Positions 1 through 8,404 are shown, counted from the stretch's first letter. The stretch is 22,633 nucleotides of DNA from Candidatus Baldrarchaeum yapensis (GCA_016840465.1 JAEOSH010000036.1:1-22633); one strand, 5' to 3'. Notes: generated by a model from the sequence alone, not told the origin. Program-made: numbers and translations.

Positions 1-174
1 ACTCTCTCCGATCAAGAGTATGGTCCGAAGTTCGAACCATTTGCGGAGATAATTGTAGATTGGGAATTACATCCGGTAATAATCTCGGAATCGCCAGTCC
101 TAGAAGAAGATGCGCTGAAGATGAAGGGAATCGTAGAATCCCTTATTAAGGCACGGGGTAAAGCAAAGAAGTAG
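1..174 (+). CDS. 3' end of an endonuclease IV / AP-endonuclease-2 TIM-barrel protein (5'-truncated by the window)
   Basis: Frame 1 is open from base 1 to TAG at 172-174: TLSDQEYGPKFEPFAEIIVDWELHPVIISESPVLEEDALKMKGIVESLIKARGKAKK. The YGPxFEP...VIISESP...DALKMK pattern is typical of the C-terminus of archaeal endonuclease IV. Not in the ORF track. Confidence 0.6.
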   Translation, partial: TLSDQEYGPKFEPFAEIIVDWELHPVIISESPVLEEDALKMKGIVESLIKARGKAKK

Positions 175-205
175 TGGAAAGAACCGAACCCATGGAGATG
201 TAATT

Positions 206-1546
206 GTGATGAAAAACAAAAAGAGAGTTATCATAATGGGTGCCGCCGGTAGGGACTTCCACAATTTCAACGTTTTCTTCAGAAACAATGACGAATACGA
301 GGTCGTCGCATTCACCGCCGCTCAGATACCGTTTATCGAAAATAGAAAATACCCCGCCGAGTTGGCGGGACCAAAATATCCAAACGGCATACCAATATTT
401 CCTGAGGATAAACTGCCCGAACTGATAAAGAAATACAACGTCGATCAGGTAGTCCTCGCATATAGTGACCTCACCCATGAGGACGTTATGCATAAAGCCT
501 CCCTCGTTCTGGCATGTGGAGCCGATTTCGTTCTCCTAGGACCAAAATCCACGATGATTAAATCAAAGATTCCGGTTATAGCTGTTTGTGCTGTGAGAAC
601 CGGAGCCGGGAAGAGCACGGTGACTCGCAGAGTTTGCGACATTTTGAGAAATAGAGGCCTAAAGGTCGTCGTGGTCCGTCACCCAATGCCATACGGAGAC
701 CTTGTTAAACAGAAATGCCAGAGATTTGAAACCTTAGAGGATCTGGATAGGTATAACTGTACAATAGAAGAAAGAGAGGAATTTGAGCCGTTGATAGAGC
801 GGGGCTTGGTAGTATATGCCGGAGTAGACTATGAAGAAATACTCAAATCAATAGAACGCGAAAAACCAGACGTAATAGTATGGGATGGCGGAAATAACGA
901 CTTTCCCTTCTTTAAACCCGACCTGATGATAGTAGTTGCGGATCCCCATAGACCAGGACAAGAATTGAGTTCGTATCCAGGAGAAAGCAATGTTCGCATG
1001 GCAGATGTTGTCATAATAAATAAAGTCGACAGTGCTAGGCCGGAGGATGTCGAGACTGTTAAAAGGAACGTGAAAACGCTGGCACCAGATGCGGCCATTA
1101 TTGAGGCAGCCTCTCCAGTTTTCGTTGACGATCCAGATCTTATAAAGGGCAAAAGAGTCGCCGTCGTGGAAGATGGCCCGACAGTAACCCACGGCCATCT
1201 CGGATACGCGGCAGGATACGTCGCCGCAAAGAAATACAACGCTGCTGAAATAGTCGATCCACGACCTTATGCGGTTAGAACGATAAAAGAGGCCTACGAA
1301 AAGTATCCACACCTAAGGGAAGTTGTACCATCACTCGGCTATAGCCCAGAACAGATAAAAGATCTCGAAGAAACGTTGAATAACATTCCATGCGACACAA
1401 TCGTCGCCGGAACCCCCATAGACCTCAAGAGGATAATCAAAGTCGATAAACCAATCGTCCGCGTCAAATACGAACTTAAGGAAGTAAGCAAACCATCACT
1501 CGAGGACGTCATAGAGAGGTTCCTAGAAAGAATCGGAATGTCGTAG
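206..1546 (+). CDS. Cyclic 2,3-diphosphoglycerate synthetase-like P-loop NTPase (COG2403 family)
   Basis: 446 aa. N-terminal MGAAGRDFHNFN, P-loop RTGAGKST, RHPMPYG, WDGGNND, VEDGPT. GTG at 206 or ATG at 209, with GGAG upstream. The exact activity of this subfamily is uncertain. Confidence 0.8.
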   Translation: MMKNKKRVIIMGAAGRDFHNFNVFFRNNDEYEVVAFTAAQIPFIENRKYPAELAGPKYPNGIPIFPEDKLPELIKKYNVDQVVLAYSDLTHEDVMHKASLVLACGADFVLLGPKSTMIKSKIPVIAVCAVRTGAGKSTVTRRVCDILRNRGLKVVVVRHPMPYGDLVKQKCQRFETLEDLDRYNCTIEEREEFEPLIERGLVVYAGVDYEEILKSIEREKPDVIVWDGGNNDFPFFKPDLMIVVADPHRPGQELSSYPGESNVRMADVVIINKVDSARPEDVETVKRNVKTLAPDAAIIEAASPVFVDDPDLIKGKRVAVVEDGPTVTHGHLGYAAGYVAAKKYNAAEIVDPRPYAVRTIKEAYEKYPHLREVVPSLGYSPEQIKDLEETLNNIPCDTIVAGTPIDLKRIIKVDKPIVRVKYELKEVSKPSLEDVIERFLERIGMS

Positions 1547-1596
1547 AACATAATCAGAAAAGTTAAAAAGGCTTTACACAATATTTTTTGATTAGC

Positions 1597-1691
1597 GGGC
1601 CCGTAGCCTAGCTTGGAAAGGGCACCGGCCTCCTATCTTGCTTCTGGAAGAGAGCCGGGGGTCGCGGGTTCAAATCCCGCCGGGCCCGCCA
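1597..1691 (+). tRNA. tRNA-Arg(CCT) with a 17-nt intron at 37/38 (1636-1652); CCA encoded
   Basis: Acceptor stem GGGCCCG/CGGGCCC, anticodon stem CCGGC/GCCGG, anticodon CCT at 1632-1634, T arm GCGGG-TTCAAAT-CCCGC, CCA at 1689-1691. TATA-like TTAAAAAG upstream. Confidence 0.93.
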
Positions 1692-1749
1692 CCTACAGTG
1701 AGCAGGTTGATTTCTTCATCAAGATTTCTTTTTAAGAATTTTGCTAAGT

Positions 1750-1936
1750 TAGTACTTCTGAAACTTCTTCTCGGAGAATGCGAAAGGTTTATGCGGCGCC
1801 TGCTGGCACTTAGCAGTATGAGATGCTGACATAACTTTACACAAGCGAAGCGCGCACCGATGGCGATCAAAATGCAGGACGACGGGCGCAGTATTTAAGT
1901 ATACCGGTGATCGTGGAGGCGCTCCCCCGCTCCATA
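1750..1936 (-). mobile_element. Degraded IS-end relic, copy 1 (homologous to 8224-8401 in inverted orientation)
   Basis: Its reverse complement aligns collinearly with 8224-8401; exact shared blocks include CTTAAATACTGC, GCATCTCATACTG and TTCGCATTCT. The terminal 17-mer TAGTACTTCTGAAACTT recurs at 11516-11532. Confidence 0.6.
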
Positions 1937-2281
1937 GTCACAACTATCAAGGCGACAATTACTCCGATCGTCAAGCTCCATGAAACATCAAATGTTAGAG
2001 CTCCAGATGTGCTTTGTAACTGCGGGTTGAGCTGATTGCTATATTACCTGTAACATCAAAAAGCTATCGCTTTGAATTGGACAGTTTTGCCTGCAGGCTG
2101 TCCTAATATTGTAGCGTAGCCTCGCATATATATTTCCACCTTTTGCATTCATTGTTATGTTTACCCAATACTACACCATCTAAACTATATGGGAGGAGTA
2201 CATTCTCCACACCACTACCAGCATCAGTTACATTACTGTAACTGTAACACTTTCCTTGGCTGTGGGTTTGTGAGGAGTATA
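1937..2281 (-). pseudogene. Frameshifted fragment of a secreted/surface protein (Ig-like beta-sandwich domain plus C-terminal TM anchor)
   Basis: Stitching minus-strand frames gives YTPHKPTAKESVTVTV-NVTDAGSGVENVLLPYSLDG-WVNITMNAKGGNIY-EAT-GQPAGKTVQFKAIAF-DVTGNIAISSTRSYKA...WSLTIGVIVALIVVT, with several frameshifts. It abuts the IS relic. Confidence 0.65.
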
Positions 2282-2438
2282 GCTTAAGAGATTCGGAAGT
2301 GAGGCAAAAATTCTTTTTAAATTTTATTTGCGTTCGATATATTCTCCGATTGCCTAATAAAACGATTACCAAGGCAAGTAAGACCACGTTCTAGCGTGTG
2401 TTGGAACTGCCAAAGCTTAATTCAGACGCTTAAAAATA

Positions 2439-2455
2439 TAGGATAAAATATCCTA
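2439..2455. promoter_or_regulatory. Palindromic candidate operator upstream of the methyltransferase operon
   Basis: TAGGATA-AAA-TATCCTA (perfect 7-bp arms), about 25 bp upstream of a TATA-like ATATTTAA (2480-2487) and the RBS GAGGTG (2515-2520). Confidence 0.45.
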
Positions 2456-2527
2456 CCGAAAAAAAAGATAATTTCAACAATATTTAACTAGCGAAGATCT
2501 ATTTGCAACTAGTAGAGGTGGATATAC

Positions 2528-3175
2528 GTGTCTTCTAGCGAGGAGTTCGTAAATGCAATCTTGGAACTCGAGGAAGAGAAAGCGCTTAAAATAACTAGGG
2601 AAAGACTTGAAGCAGGAGAGGATCCCCTAAAGATCCTAGATGATCTTAAGGTTGTAGCTGAAAAAGTTGGAGAAAAATACGAGAAGGGAGAGTTTTTTGT
2701 GGCAGATCTCGTTATGGCTGGAGAGATCATGAAGGAAGTGAGCGAACTAGTTAGACCGAAGCTCAAAGAGCTCGGTAAAGCTAGAGAACCTATCGGAAAA
2801 TTTGTCATCGGTACGGTCGAGGGCGATATACATGATATTGGTAAAAATATTGTTGTAACTATGGCCGAGGCGGCTGGGTTCGAAGTCATTGACCTCGGAG
2901 TAGACGTTCCGCCGCAGAAATTCGTTGAGGCAATAAAGCAGCACAACCCGGATGTAGTTGGTATGTCAGGGCTACTAACATTGGCAATAGAATCGATGAA
3001 AAAGACGATAGATGCCATAAAGAATGCTGGGCTCAGAGATAAGGTTAAGATCATTATTGGCGGTGGAAGAGTGGATGAATATGCAAAAGAATATACGGGT
3101 GCAGATGCGTGGACAAATGATGCAGCAACAGGAATAAGAATAATGTTAGGATGGGTGGGAGGAAAGAAGGTTTAG
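2528..3175 (+). CDS. Corrinoid (B12-binding) protein of a methyltransferase system (MtaC/MtoC/MtgC-like)
   Basis: 215 aa. Four-helix cap (GEFFVADLVMAGE), base-off/His-on motif GTVEGDIHDIGKN (DxHxxG), VGMSGLLT, IIGGG. GTG start with RBS GAGGTG. Confidence 0.93.
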   Translation: MSSSEEFVNAILELEEEKALKITRERLEAGEDPLKILDDLKVVAEKVGEKYEKGEFFVADLVMAGEIMKEVSELVRPKLKELGKAREPIGKFVIGTVEGDIHDIGKNIVVTMAEAAGFEVIDLGVDVPPQKFVEAIKQHNPDVVGMSGLLTLAIESMKKTIDAIKNAGLRDKVKIIIGGGRVDEYAKEYTGADAWTNDAATGIRIMLGWVGGKKV

Positions 3176-3186
3176 AGGTGAGCTTA

Positions 3187-4470
3187 ATGGGTGTTAATAA
3201 GGAACCAATAGATGTTTTAATTGAAAGACAGCAAAAAGAACCTGAAACAGTAGCTAAAGAGAGGCTGGACATTATTCTCAAGGCTGTTGAACTGAAGGTT
3301 CCAAGCAGAGTTCCCATAAGTGGATTAGGAGGAGACATAATGGCTTACTATAATGGCAAAACATGGTACGATGTGTGCTACGACTTCGAAAAAGCTCGTG
3401 AAGCCGTACTTAGTTTTGCTAAAAACTTTCCACAAGACTTCCCATTTATCTTAGCTCCATACGGCCTTGAAGGATTTATCTTTGCATTGGCGTTTTCAGA
3501 CTTTCCTGACTTTTCAAACATTATAAGGTTCTTGACAGGCCCTGTACATGATATAATTAAGGATAAGTGGTCTAGGTGGCCTGGAAGAGAACTTAGAGAG
3601 CATCAACATCCCCAGTTCCTTGGCGGAGAGTTCATGAAGCCAGAAGAGTATAAGCAGCTTATCGATGACCCTCTCAAGTTTATTCACGATGTTGTATTTC
3701 CAAGAGCTTGCCCAGGTCTCGGGAAGCCTAAGTCACCACAGTGGAATGGAACACTAATTAGGATAGGCTTAACACTACAGAGAGTTGCATCGTTCCAAGG
3801 AGCACTCTTCCAAGAACTCGGAAAACTCGGTTACCCTGCCATACCTATGACGTCGGCATATTCACCTGCTGACATCATAGGTGACTTCCTTAGACATCCA
3901 ACCGGCGCTATGCTTGATATGAGAAGACATCCGGACGACTTCAAAGCTGCATGCGAAGCACTAATTGAGCATATACTGAAAGTGGCTACAGCAATCCCTC
4001 CAACACCACCACTAACGATAAGCTTCATACCGTTGCATCTTAACGAGATGCTTTCACCTAAACTGTACAACGAATTCTACTGGCCATATCTAAAGAAAGT
4101 GATATTGGAACTCGTCAATAAGGGCTACAAGATGTTCATATTCTTTGAGGGTGACCACACGCCGCATGTAGATACAATACTTGAACTGCCTAAAGGTTGG
4201 GGCGTGGCGTGGTTTGAGAGGCCTAGAGATTTTATAAAAGATGTTTGGGAGAAGTTGAAGGGCCATACATGTGTTATGGGCGGAGTACCAACAAACCTAC
4301 TGGTCGGAGGAACGCCAGAAAAGATTGAAGAATACGTGAAGAACTTACTTAACCAGACCAAATCAGAAGGTGGGTTCATACTATCGACAGGTGTAGCCGA
4401 GTTACCCAAGGAGACACCTAAACAGAATATAAGAGCTTATATAAACGCAGCTCTAAAATATGGAGAATAG
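3187..4470 (+). CDS. URO-D-family corrinoid methyltransferase, MT1/O-demethylase-like (paralogue 1)
   Basis: Likely start is ATG 3187, after RBS GAGGTGA (the track ORF starts at 3151 inside the upstream gene). Motifs PSRVP, LSPKLYNEFYWPYLKK, FFEGD, GHTCVMGGVP, GGFILS. Has LHL rather than the HxC Zn/thiol motif of MtaA/MtbA. Confidence 0.8.
   Translation: MGVNKEPIDVLIERQQKEPETVAKERLDIILKAVELKVPSRVPISGLGGDIMAYYNGKTWYDVCYDFEKAREAVLSFAKNFPQDFPFILAPYGLEGFIFALAFSDFPDFSNIIRFLTGPVHDIIKDKWSRWPGRELREHQHPQFLGGEFMKPEEYKQLIDDPLKFIHDVVFPRACPGLGKPKSPQWNGTLIRIGLTLQRVASFQGALFQELGKLGYPAIPMTSAYSPADIIGDFLRHPTGAMLDMRRHPDDFKAACEALIEHILKVATAIPPTPPLTISFIPLHLNEMLSPKLYNEFYWPYLKKVILELVNKGYKMFIFFEGDHTPHVDTILELPKGWGVAWFERPRDFIKDVWEKLKGHTCVMGGVPTNLLVGGTPEKIEEYVKNLLNQTKSEGGFILSTGVAELPKETPKQNIRAYINAALKYGE
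4024..4097 (+). repeat. 74-bp exact repeat shared by the two URO-D-family paralogues (copy 1)
   Basis: TTCATACCGTTGCATCTTAACGAGATG...TGGCCATATCTAAAGAA is identical to 6514-6587. Confidence 0.95.
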
Positions 4471-4482
4471 GAGGTAAGTCTT

Positions 4483-5667
4483 ATGAGTGAGGTAGAAACA
4501 AAACCCCAGCCTCCAGTTAAGCCGAGTATACTACCAATAATTTTGCTCACTATTTCGTCATTCATTGGTGGTGCCGGCTTCGGTATCTATGCCCCCCTAA
4601 TTCCGTTACATGCTCTTGAGCTCGGAGCTCCACCAGCAATAGCTACAGCTACTGTTATGGCGCTTCCATCAATACTAGCTGTCATCGTTCTGCTTCCCGC
4701 AAGTATCTATGCCGACAAGTCCGGTAGGAGAAAGGAGCTTCTAATAGTAGCATTAGCTCTCGCCACAATCTGTAACTTGCTACTGGGTTTTGCTCGAGGC
4801 TGGGTGGAACTCGCAATTTACAGGACGATAAGTGGGTTGGTATTTGCTTTTCTGTCGTTGTATATGGCTATAGGCGTCCTCATAGCCCCTCCAGAGAAAC
4901 GTGGAACTGTGCTCGCTGTACTTGCAGGTTCTGGTATGCTCGGTATGGGCGTATCGCAATTATTTGCTGGTTCACTCTACAGCATACTCGGTGGATACCA
5001 ACCAATATACCTTCTAGCAGCTGGTTTATCACTTATCAGCTTACTATTACTGCTACCTGTTGAAGCACCTCCTGTTAAACTTCCAGCAATGAGTCTAACC
5101 GATGCTGGGAAAGTTCTGAGAACTCGTGGTGTATACTGGGTCGCTGTGAGCCTGTTCATCTATCTATGTGGATGGAACCTCATGTACCCATCGCTATCAA
5201 TAATATTGACTGAAATCTACGAGGCCCCCGTTTGGATAGCTTCGATAGCATTTGCTGTTGCATCCATCATGCTGGGTGCAGGAACTTACATATGGGGTCC
5301 CGTAATAGACAAAATCGGTGGCAGAAAATCACTGATATCCGCTATTCTCGCATCAGCTATATTTACATTCGTAATGATTCCCACTTTAGGCTTCATGTGG
5401 GCATTCATCATATTGTTCTGGATAGTTACGGTGTTTGGCGTTGTCGGTGCGCCAGGTTCTACCTATGTGGCAACAAAAAGTGTTAAACAAGAATATGCCT
5501 CGATAGCAACAGCTGTACAGTTCGTATTCCTAAGCTTAGCCAGCGTAATCGGAGGCTTTGCAGCAGGAGCGCTCTTAGCTTCACTAGGATTAAGCTATAC
5601 ATTGCTGATAGCTGCTGTTATAGAACTGGTTGGAGGAATAATGATGTTCGGAGTACCAGAGGTGTAA
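4483..5667 (+). CDS. MFS transporter
   Basis: 394 aa with about 12 hydrophobic segments. MFS motif A in both halves (ADKSGRRK; GPVIDKIGGRK). RBS GGAGGT upstream. Confidence 0.92.
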   Translation: MSEVETKPQPPVKPSILPIILLTISSFIGGAGFGIYAPLIPLHALELGAPPAIATATVMALPSILAVIVLLPASIYADKSGRRKELLIVALALATICNLLLGFARGWVELAIYRTISGLVFAFLSLYMAIGVLIAPPEKRGTVLAVLAGSGMLGMGVSQLFAGSLYSILGGYQPIYLLAAGLSLISLLLLLPVEAPPVKLPAMSLTDAGKVLRTRGVYWVAVSLFIYLCGWNLMYPSLSIILTEIYEAPVWIASIAFAVASIMLGAGTYIWGPVIDKIGGRKSLISAILASAIFTFVMIPTLGFMWAFIILFWIVTVFGVVGAPGSTYVATKSVKQEYASIATAVQFVFLSLASVIGGFAAGALLASLGLSYTLLIAAVIELVGGIMMFGVPEV

Positions 5668-5673
5668 CCTCTG

Positions 5674-6960
5674 ATGCAAAAGACGGTGGAAGAACTTTAT
5701 CGTGAAAGGCTTGAGAGATTCGAGAAAGCTGCAAAAAACCAGAAACCGGATAGAGTGCCCTTCATGCCGGCATTTACATATTTTCCAGCTCGATATGCTG
5801 GTATAACATATCACGAATATTCTTTCAACTATAATAAGTTCGTTGAAGCTGTTCTAAAGGTATATAAGGACTTCGACTTTGATTTGGCGGGATTCGTGGC
5901 ACCTGGAACAGGTATACCAGGACCTTTAGGTTTCCCAATAATATTTGTTAGGGAGTTTCCAGAACTTCTCACCACCATACCAGTTTTTGCAGGACCTGCG
6001 CACGATATTCTGGGCGATAAGTATACTAAGTGGCCTGGTAGGGAGCTGGATGTAAATAAACCCTCTCAGATAGCCTATGTAGATGCACCGTACATGACTG
6101 TTGAGGAATACAGGGAGCTCGCAGAAAACCCAGTAAAATTTCTAATAGAGAAAATCGTACCAAGAGTCTACAGAAACCTCTCAAAGCCGGGAACACCACA
6201 ATATATAGCTACGTTGGTAAAACTTGGCATGGAATCGTTGAAATTCGGTGCGGTAATGCAACAACTGGTCATGGAACTCAGGAAAATAGGTTATCCTATG
6301 CTTCCATTCTCTTTTTCAACAACTCCACTAGATTATATAGGTGATAATTTAAGATGTCCACATAACTACATACTCGTAGACATACACAGAGTGCCAGAAG
6401 ACGTGAAAAGTGCAACTGAAGCACTTCTGCCATACCTAATAGAACTAGGTTTAAAAGCTGTACCTCCACCGGAGATTAGAAAGAAACTCTACGGCACAGA
6501 ACTCTGTACAATATTCATACCGTTGCATCTTAACGAGATGCTTTCACCTAAACTGTACAACGAATTCTACTGGCCATATCTAAAGAAGCAAATAGTAGAA
6601 TTCCATAAAGCTGGTCTTATATCGTGGGTATTCTTTGAGGGCGACCATACACCACACCTGGAGACATTGCTGGAGGTGCCGAAAGGTAGTGTAATAGCGT
6701 ATTTCGAGAAAACCGATCTTAGGAAAGCCAGAGAGGTGTTAGGGGACCATGTCGTTATCATGGGTGGATTACCACCAGCACTTCTTGTGCTCGGAACACC
6801 AGAAAAAGTCTATGAAGAAGCGTGTAAGTTACTTAACGATGTTAAGGAGCCAGGAGGCTTCATAATGGCGGGTAGCGGTGTGACTGGTATACCAGATGAA
6901 ACAAAACCAGAAAACCTGAGGGCTCTTATAGAAGCAGTGAAGAAATGTGGAACTTATTGA
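5674..6960 (+). CDS. URO-D-family corrinoid methyltransferase, MT1/O-demethylase-like (paralogue 2)
   Basis: 428 aa. KPDRVPF, LHLNEMLSPKLYNEFYWP, FFEGD, GDHVVIMGGLP, GGFIM. Collinear with paralogue 1 and lacks the HxC motif. Confidence 0.82.
   Translation: MQKTVEELYRERLERFEKAAKNQKPDRVPFMPAFTYFPARYAGITYHEYSFNYNKFVEAVLKVYKDFDFDLAGFVAPGTGIPGPLGFPIIFVREFPELLTTIPVFAGPAHDILGDKYTKWPGRELDVNKPSQIAYVDAPYMTVEEYRELAENPVKFLIEKIVPRVYRNLSKPGTPQYIATLVKLGMESLKFGAVMQQLVMELRKIGYPMLPFSFSTTPLDYIGDNLRCPHNYILVDIHRVPEDVKSATEALLPYLIELGLKAVPPPEIRKKLYGTELCTIFIPLHLNEMLSPKLYNEFYWPYLKKQIVEFHKAGLISWVFFEGDHTPHLETLLEVPKGSVIAYFEKTDLRKAREVLGDHVVIMGGLPPALLVLGTPEKVYEEACKLLNDVKEPGGFIMAGSGVTGIPDETKPENLRALIEAVKKCGTY
6514..6587 (+). 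repeat. 74-bp exact repeat shared by the two URO-D-family paralogues (copy 2)
   Basis: Identical to 4024-4097; the flanking sequence diverges on both sides. Confidence 0.95.
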
Positions 6961-7046
6961 AGTAAAATGGTGAAGCATTAAACTTAACAATACAAAACTG
7001 AAATAATGTCGGCAAGTTTTAAATATTTGTGAAAGGAAGTGATCAG

Positions 7047-7955
7047 ATGTTTAAGTTTGAAAAAGAACAAAAGATATTTGATATATGTGGCGTGAAGATT
7101 GGCGGCCAGCCAGGGGAGTTACCTACAGTTATGATTGGAAGCATTTTCTACCATAAACATAAAATTGTAGAAAACGAGAAGACAGGTGAATTTGACAAGA
7201 AAAAGGCGGAAGAACTTTTGAAAAAAGAAGAAGAACTAATGGATAAAACCGGGAATCCTAGGATCGTCGATGTTTGTGCTTCTTATCCTGAAGCCTTCCC
7301 AAAATTCATCGATTTCGTTGCAAGTATAATTGATGGACCATTCCTCATCGATGGTGCAACCGAAGACGCGAGAATTGCGGGAGCAAAATATGTCGAGGAA
7401 GTGGGTTTAGCTAACCGCGTCATATACAACTCCATTACGCCCCACATAAAGGAAAGGGAAATCACAGCACTAAAAGAGTCAAAAATCAAATCTGCAATAC
7501 TACTTACATTAAACACAAGAAACCCCACAATATCCGGAAGACTAGAAGCCCTAGAAGAACTTCTAAAAATAGTAGGCGAAATAGGAATCGAGAAACCCTT
7601 AGTGGATACAACCGTCCTAGACATCCCGGATCCGGGTCCAGTAAGCAAAGCAATATACAGAGTTAAGGAAAAATATGGACTACCAGCTGGAGCAGGAATA
7701 CACAACGCTATAGACAGATGGAGAGAAAGAGCGAAACTAGATCCATATAAATATGCTTTGGCCAGTAGCGTTGCATATGTAACATCAATCATAATGGGCG
7801 CCGACTTCGTCCTATACGGCCCGATAGAAAATGCTCCAGAGGCATACTTCGCCGTATCACTAGCTGACGCATACGTATCATACAGCATGAGACAAGAATA
7901 CCGCTTACGACCACTAACACAAAACCACCCAATATTCAAAATATTTAGAAGATAA
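7047..7955 (+). CDS. MtrH-like methylcorrinoid:tetrahydropterin methyltransferase (MtoA/MtgA-like), canonical
   Basis: Likely start ATG 7047 (MFKFEKEQ). Motifs KIGGQPGELPTVMIGSIFY, LIDG, YNSI, LVD, HN, GADFVLYGPI and C-terminal HPIFK, all MtrH-family hallmarks. Confidence 0.88.
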   Translation: MFKFEKEQKIFDICGVKIGGQPGELPTVMIGSIFYHKHKIVENEKTGEFDKKKAEELLKKEEELMDKTGNPRIVDVCASYPEAFPKFIDFVASIIDGPFLIDGATEDARIAGAKYVEEVGLANRVIYNSITPHIKEREITALKESKIKSAILLTLNTRNPTISGRLEALEELLKIVGEIGIEKPLVDTTVLDIPDPGPVSKAIYRVKEKYGLPAGAGIHNAIDRWRERAKLDPYKYALASSVAYVTSIIMGADFVLYGPIENAPEAYFAVSLADAYVSYSMRQEYRLRPLTQNHPIFKIFRR

Positions 7956-8099
7956 GCGAGGCCATTTTGTGATTTTACAAAAGGCAATTTTCTTTTATTT
8001 CGATAATATGGTGCTTCTGAACTTTTTTGAGGTTGAGCAACCACAATTAAGAATTAAGTGGACAAAAACATATTTCGTGCACAACCTCTATTTCCTTAA

Positions 8100-8404
8100 C
8101 TGGAAGGCCATAGAGTCGGGATGTACATGAAACGGCCACGCGGCGGACGTCACGAAATCATTAGAGACAGTAGCCTTCGTCAAGATCCAGGAGAGAGCCT
8201 CCTTATCGAGTTTGTAGGCCGCGTATGGAGTGGAGGAACACCTCCGCGACCCTCGATATGCTTAAATACTGCACCCGCTGTACCGTATTTTCGTCTTCCC
8301 ATCAATGATAATTCGTCTTTTTGATGTTGTGTCGGCATCTCATACTGTTAGGTGCCGCAAGCGGCCGCGTAAACCCTTCGCATTCTTCGAGAAAAAGTTT
8401 CGAA
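8100..8404 (+). mobile_element. Degraded IS relic, copy 2 (possible 3' end of an IS4-superfamily/ISH3-like transposase plus terminus)
   Basis: 8224-8401 is homologous to the reverse complement of 1750-1936. Frame-broken peptides WKAIESG..MKRP..RTSRNH weakly resemble the W-x-IE..R-T-S-R-N C-terminal region of ISH3-type transposases. The family call is tentative. Confidence 0.5.

Noticed and set aside
1633-1651. Alternative splicing of tRNA-Arg(CCT) to expose the intronic CTTCTG as a TCT anticodon
   Set aside because: The alternative TCTT/AAGA helix puts the 3-nt bulge on the wrong side for BHB cleavage, and two excisions would be needed.
2528-4470. Pyrrolysine read-through of the TAG stops of the corrinoid protein and MT1
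   Set aside because: Both proteins are of complete family length at their TAG, the next gene's RBS follows directly, and no MttB/MtbB/MtmB-type gene is present.
3187-6960. True uroporphyrinogen decarboxylase (hemE), or CoM methyltransferase (MtaA/MtbA)
   Set aside because: No RQAGR-type HemE motif and no HxC Zn motif; the corrinoid/RACE context indicates MT1 function.
8224-8404. Cobalamin riboswitch upstream of the RACE gene
   Set aside because: No recognisable B12-box or core motifs. The homologous copy at 1750-1936 points away from the B12 genes, and the terminus recurs beside an IS, which favours mobile-element debris.
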